DNA of 63,838 nucleotides, the filler included. It is 7 parts of 7 records of this genome, joined end to end, with 100 filler letters (N's around TTAATTAATTAA, not from the genome) between each part and the next. Parts side by side here need not be neighbours in the genome. Positions count along the whole stretch, not along the records: positions 56,812 to 63,838 come from SRR20825006_2627; 6 more parts are not named here. One strand, written 5' to 3'. The position numbers were made by a program, and so were the translations under genes. The notes below the pieces were generated by a model. The model searched no databases and was not told the origin of the DNA. It saw only the letters and a list, made by a program, of their open reading frames with translations. Positions 62,207 to 63,838 of this stretch are shown in pieces (the first letter of the stretch is position 1; each line of letters begins with the position of its first letter).

Positions 62207-63838
62207 ATGAGCAAAAAGCTGAGAATCTTGGTCGCGCAGTTGAACCCGGTGGTGGGGGATATTCGGGGGAATCTGGAGCTGGCGCGGGGCGCGCTGGCCG
62301 AGGGCAAGGCGCAGGGCGCTGACCTCGTCGTCCTGTCGGAACTCTTCATCCTGGGCTATCCGGCCGAAGATTTGGTGCTGAAGCCCGCCGCGGTGGAAGA
62401 TTCCATGAAGGCGGTGAAAACGCTGGCCGCCGAGACCGCCGACGCACCGGACATGATCATCGGCGCGCCGTGGATGGAAGATGGCAAGCGCCACAATTCG
62501 GCCGTCTGGCTGTCGGGCGGGGCGATCAAGGGCCGCTATGACAAGCGCGAACTGCCCAATTATGGCGTGTTCGACGAAAAGCGCATCTTCGATGCCGGCG
62601 AGGGCCCTCCCCCGGTGTTCGAGTTTCATGGCGTGACGATCGGCGTCGCGATCTGTGAGGACATCTGGTATCCGCGCGTGCCGAGCGAGCTGCATGATGC
62701 GGGCGCCGACATGCTGATCGTGCCGAATGGCTCGCCCTGGCGCCGGACGGTGCAGGTGGAGCGGCACACCACGTTTTCCGCCTGGCGCAAGACGGGCGTG
62801 CCGTACCTGTTCGTGAACCAGGTGGGCGGGCAGGACGAGCTGGTCTTTGACGGCAGTTCCTACGCGGTCGACCATGACGGGACCGAGCACCAGTTGCTCG
62901 GCGATTTCGTGACCGGCATGGCGATGGTGGCCTATGATCCGTCCACGCATTGTTTCGAGAGCGGCGCGAAAGCGGAGTTGACCGAGGGCTGGCATGCCGA
63001 ATACCGCGCGGCGGTGCTGGCGCTGGGCGATTATGTCAACAAGAACAAGTTTCCCGGCGTCGTGCTGGGCATGTCAGGCGGGATCGATAGCGCGCTGACG
63101 GCGGCTATGGCGGTAGACGCGCTGGGGCCTGACCGGGTCTGGTGTGTGATGATGCCGTCGAAATATACGTCCTCGGACAGTCTGGAAGACGCCAAGGCCT
63201 GCGCCGAGGCGCTGGGCGTAAAGTATGACAGCATCAATATTGCCCCCGGCGTGGGCGCGATGGGCGAGATGCTGGCCGACCAGTTTGCCGGCACCCAGCC
63301 GGACACGACCGAAGAGAACATCCAGTCGCGCCTGAGGGCGGTAACGCTGATGGCGCTGTCGAACAAGTTCGGCCATATGGTGGTGACGACGGGTAACAAA
63401 TCCGAAATGGCGGTCGGCTATGCGACGCTCTATGGCGACATGTGCGGCGGCTACAATGCGCTGAAGGATTTCTACAAGACCGAAGTGTTCGAACTGGCCA
63501 AATGGCGCAACACGCAAGTGCCGCGCGGCGCGCTGGGCCCGGCGGGCGAAGTGATCCCGGAGCGGATCATCACCAAGCCGCCCTCTGCGGAGCTGCGCGA
63601 GGACCAGCGCGATGATGACTCGCTGCCGCCTTATGACGTGCTGGACGATATATTGCGCGGGCTGGTGGACGAGGAAGAGCCGATCGAGGCAATCCTGGCG
63701 CGCGGGCATGACCGGGCCGTGGTGAAGCGGATCGAGCATCTGCTCTACATCGCCGAATACAAGCGCCGTCAGGCCCCGCCGGGCGTGAAGGTTGGCGGCA
63801 AGAATTTCGGCCGCGACCGGCGCTATCCGATCACCAAC
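62207..63838 (+). CDS. nadE: Glutamine-dependent NAD+ synthetase (runs off window; absent from ORF track)
   Basis: Manual translation: AQLNPVVGDI, ELFILGYP.ED, ICEDIW, SGGIDS, ENIQSR, GNKSE, EYKRRQ. Confidence 0.96.
   Translation, partial: MSKKLRILVAQLNPVVGDIRGNLELARGALAEGKAQGADLVVLSELFILGYPAEDLVLKPAAVEDSMKAVKTLAAETADAPDMIIGAPWMEDGKRHNSAVWLSGGAIKGRYDKRELPNYGVFDEKRIFDAGEGPPPVFEFHGVTIGVAICEDIWYPRVPSELHDAGADMLIVPNGSPWRRTVQVERHTTFSAWRKTGVPYLFVNQVGGQDELVFDGSSYAVDHDGTEHQLLGDFVTGMAMVAYDPSTHCFESGAKAELTEGWHAEYRAAVLALGDYVNKNKFPGVVLGMSGGIDSALTAAMAVDALGPDRVWCVMMPSKYTSSDSLEDAKACAEALGVKYDSINIAPGVGAMGEMLADQFAGTQPDTTEENIQSRLRAVTLMALSNKFGHMVVTTGNKSEMAVGYATLYGDMCGGYNALKDFYKTEVFELAKWRNTQVPRGALGPAGEVIPERIITKPPSAELREDQRDDDSLPPYDVLDDILRGLVDEEEPIEAILARGHDRAVVKRIEHLLYIAEYKRRQAPPGVKVGGKNFGRDRRYPITN

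Noticed and set aside
62108-63739. Minus-strand ORFs 62108-62995, 63031-63399 and 63074-63739
   Set aside because: Antisense to nadE, which the ORF track missed because it has no stop codon inside the window.
1-63838. CRISPR array, rRNA or IS transposase
   Set aside because: No repeat-spacer periodicity, rRNA-like segment or transposase ORF was seen by eye.

Overview
The window is not one locus. It is seven unrelated contigs joined by 100-bp artificial spacers (N44-TTAATTAATTAA-N44), apparently from a marine metagenome; taxa below are inferred from gene content and base composition. (1) 1-8501: high-GC alphaproteobacterial catabolic genes plus a membrane cPLA2/patatin-type phospholipase. (2) 8602-24106: Roseobacter-type core region (mfd, hemB, penicillin acylase, rluE, hflX, hfq, trkH, trkA). 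(3) 24207-31294: Flavobacteriaceae (sdhC 5' end, VPS10/BNR protein, pepP, SDR, aminotransferase). (4) 31395-44363: Flavobacteriaceae cyoE-remB-tonB x2-vanZ-gcvH-sprA. (5) 44464-49633: Thalassospira-like contig with a signal-less PhoD flanked by two structured RNAs with C-rich loops. (6) 49734-56711: an apparently complete ~7-kb Bacteroidota integrative element bounded by tRNA-Asn(GTT) 3'-half att sites. It carries an integrase with 3+2 arm-type repeats, an excisionase, a DUF3987 helicase-like protein, an iteron-like origin, a Toprim primase and a terminase-small-subunit-like protein, but no relaxase or capsid. This candidate minimal phage satellite of flavobacteria is the most interesting item. 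(7) 56812-63838: Hyphomonas-like parE, diguanylate cyclase and nadE, with an AT-rich inserted Mrr-like nuclease-nSTAND3 gene (candidate antiphage system). All family calls come from motif recognition by eye; no database search was run.
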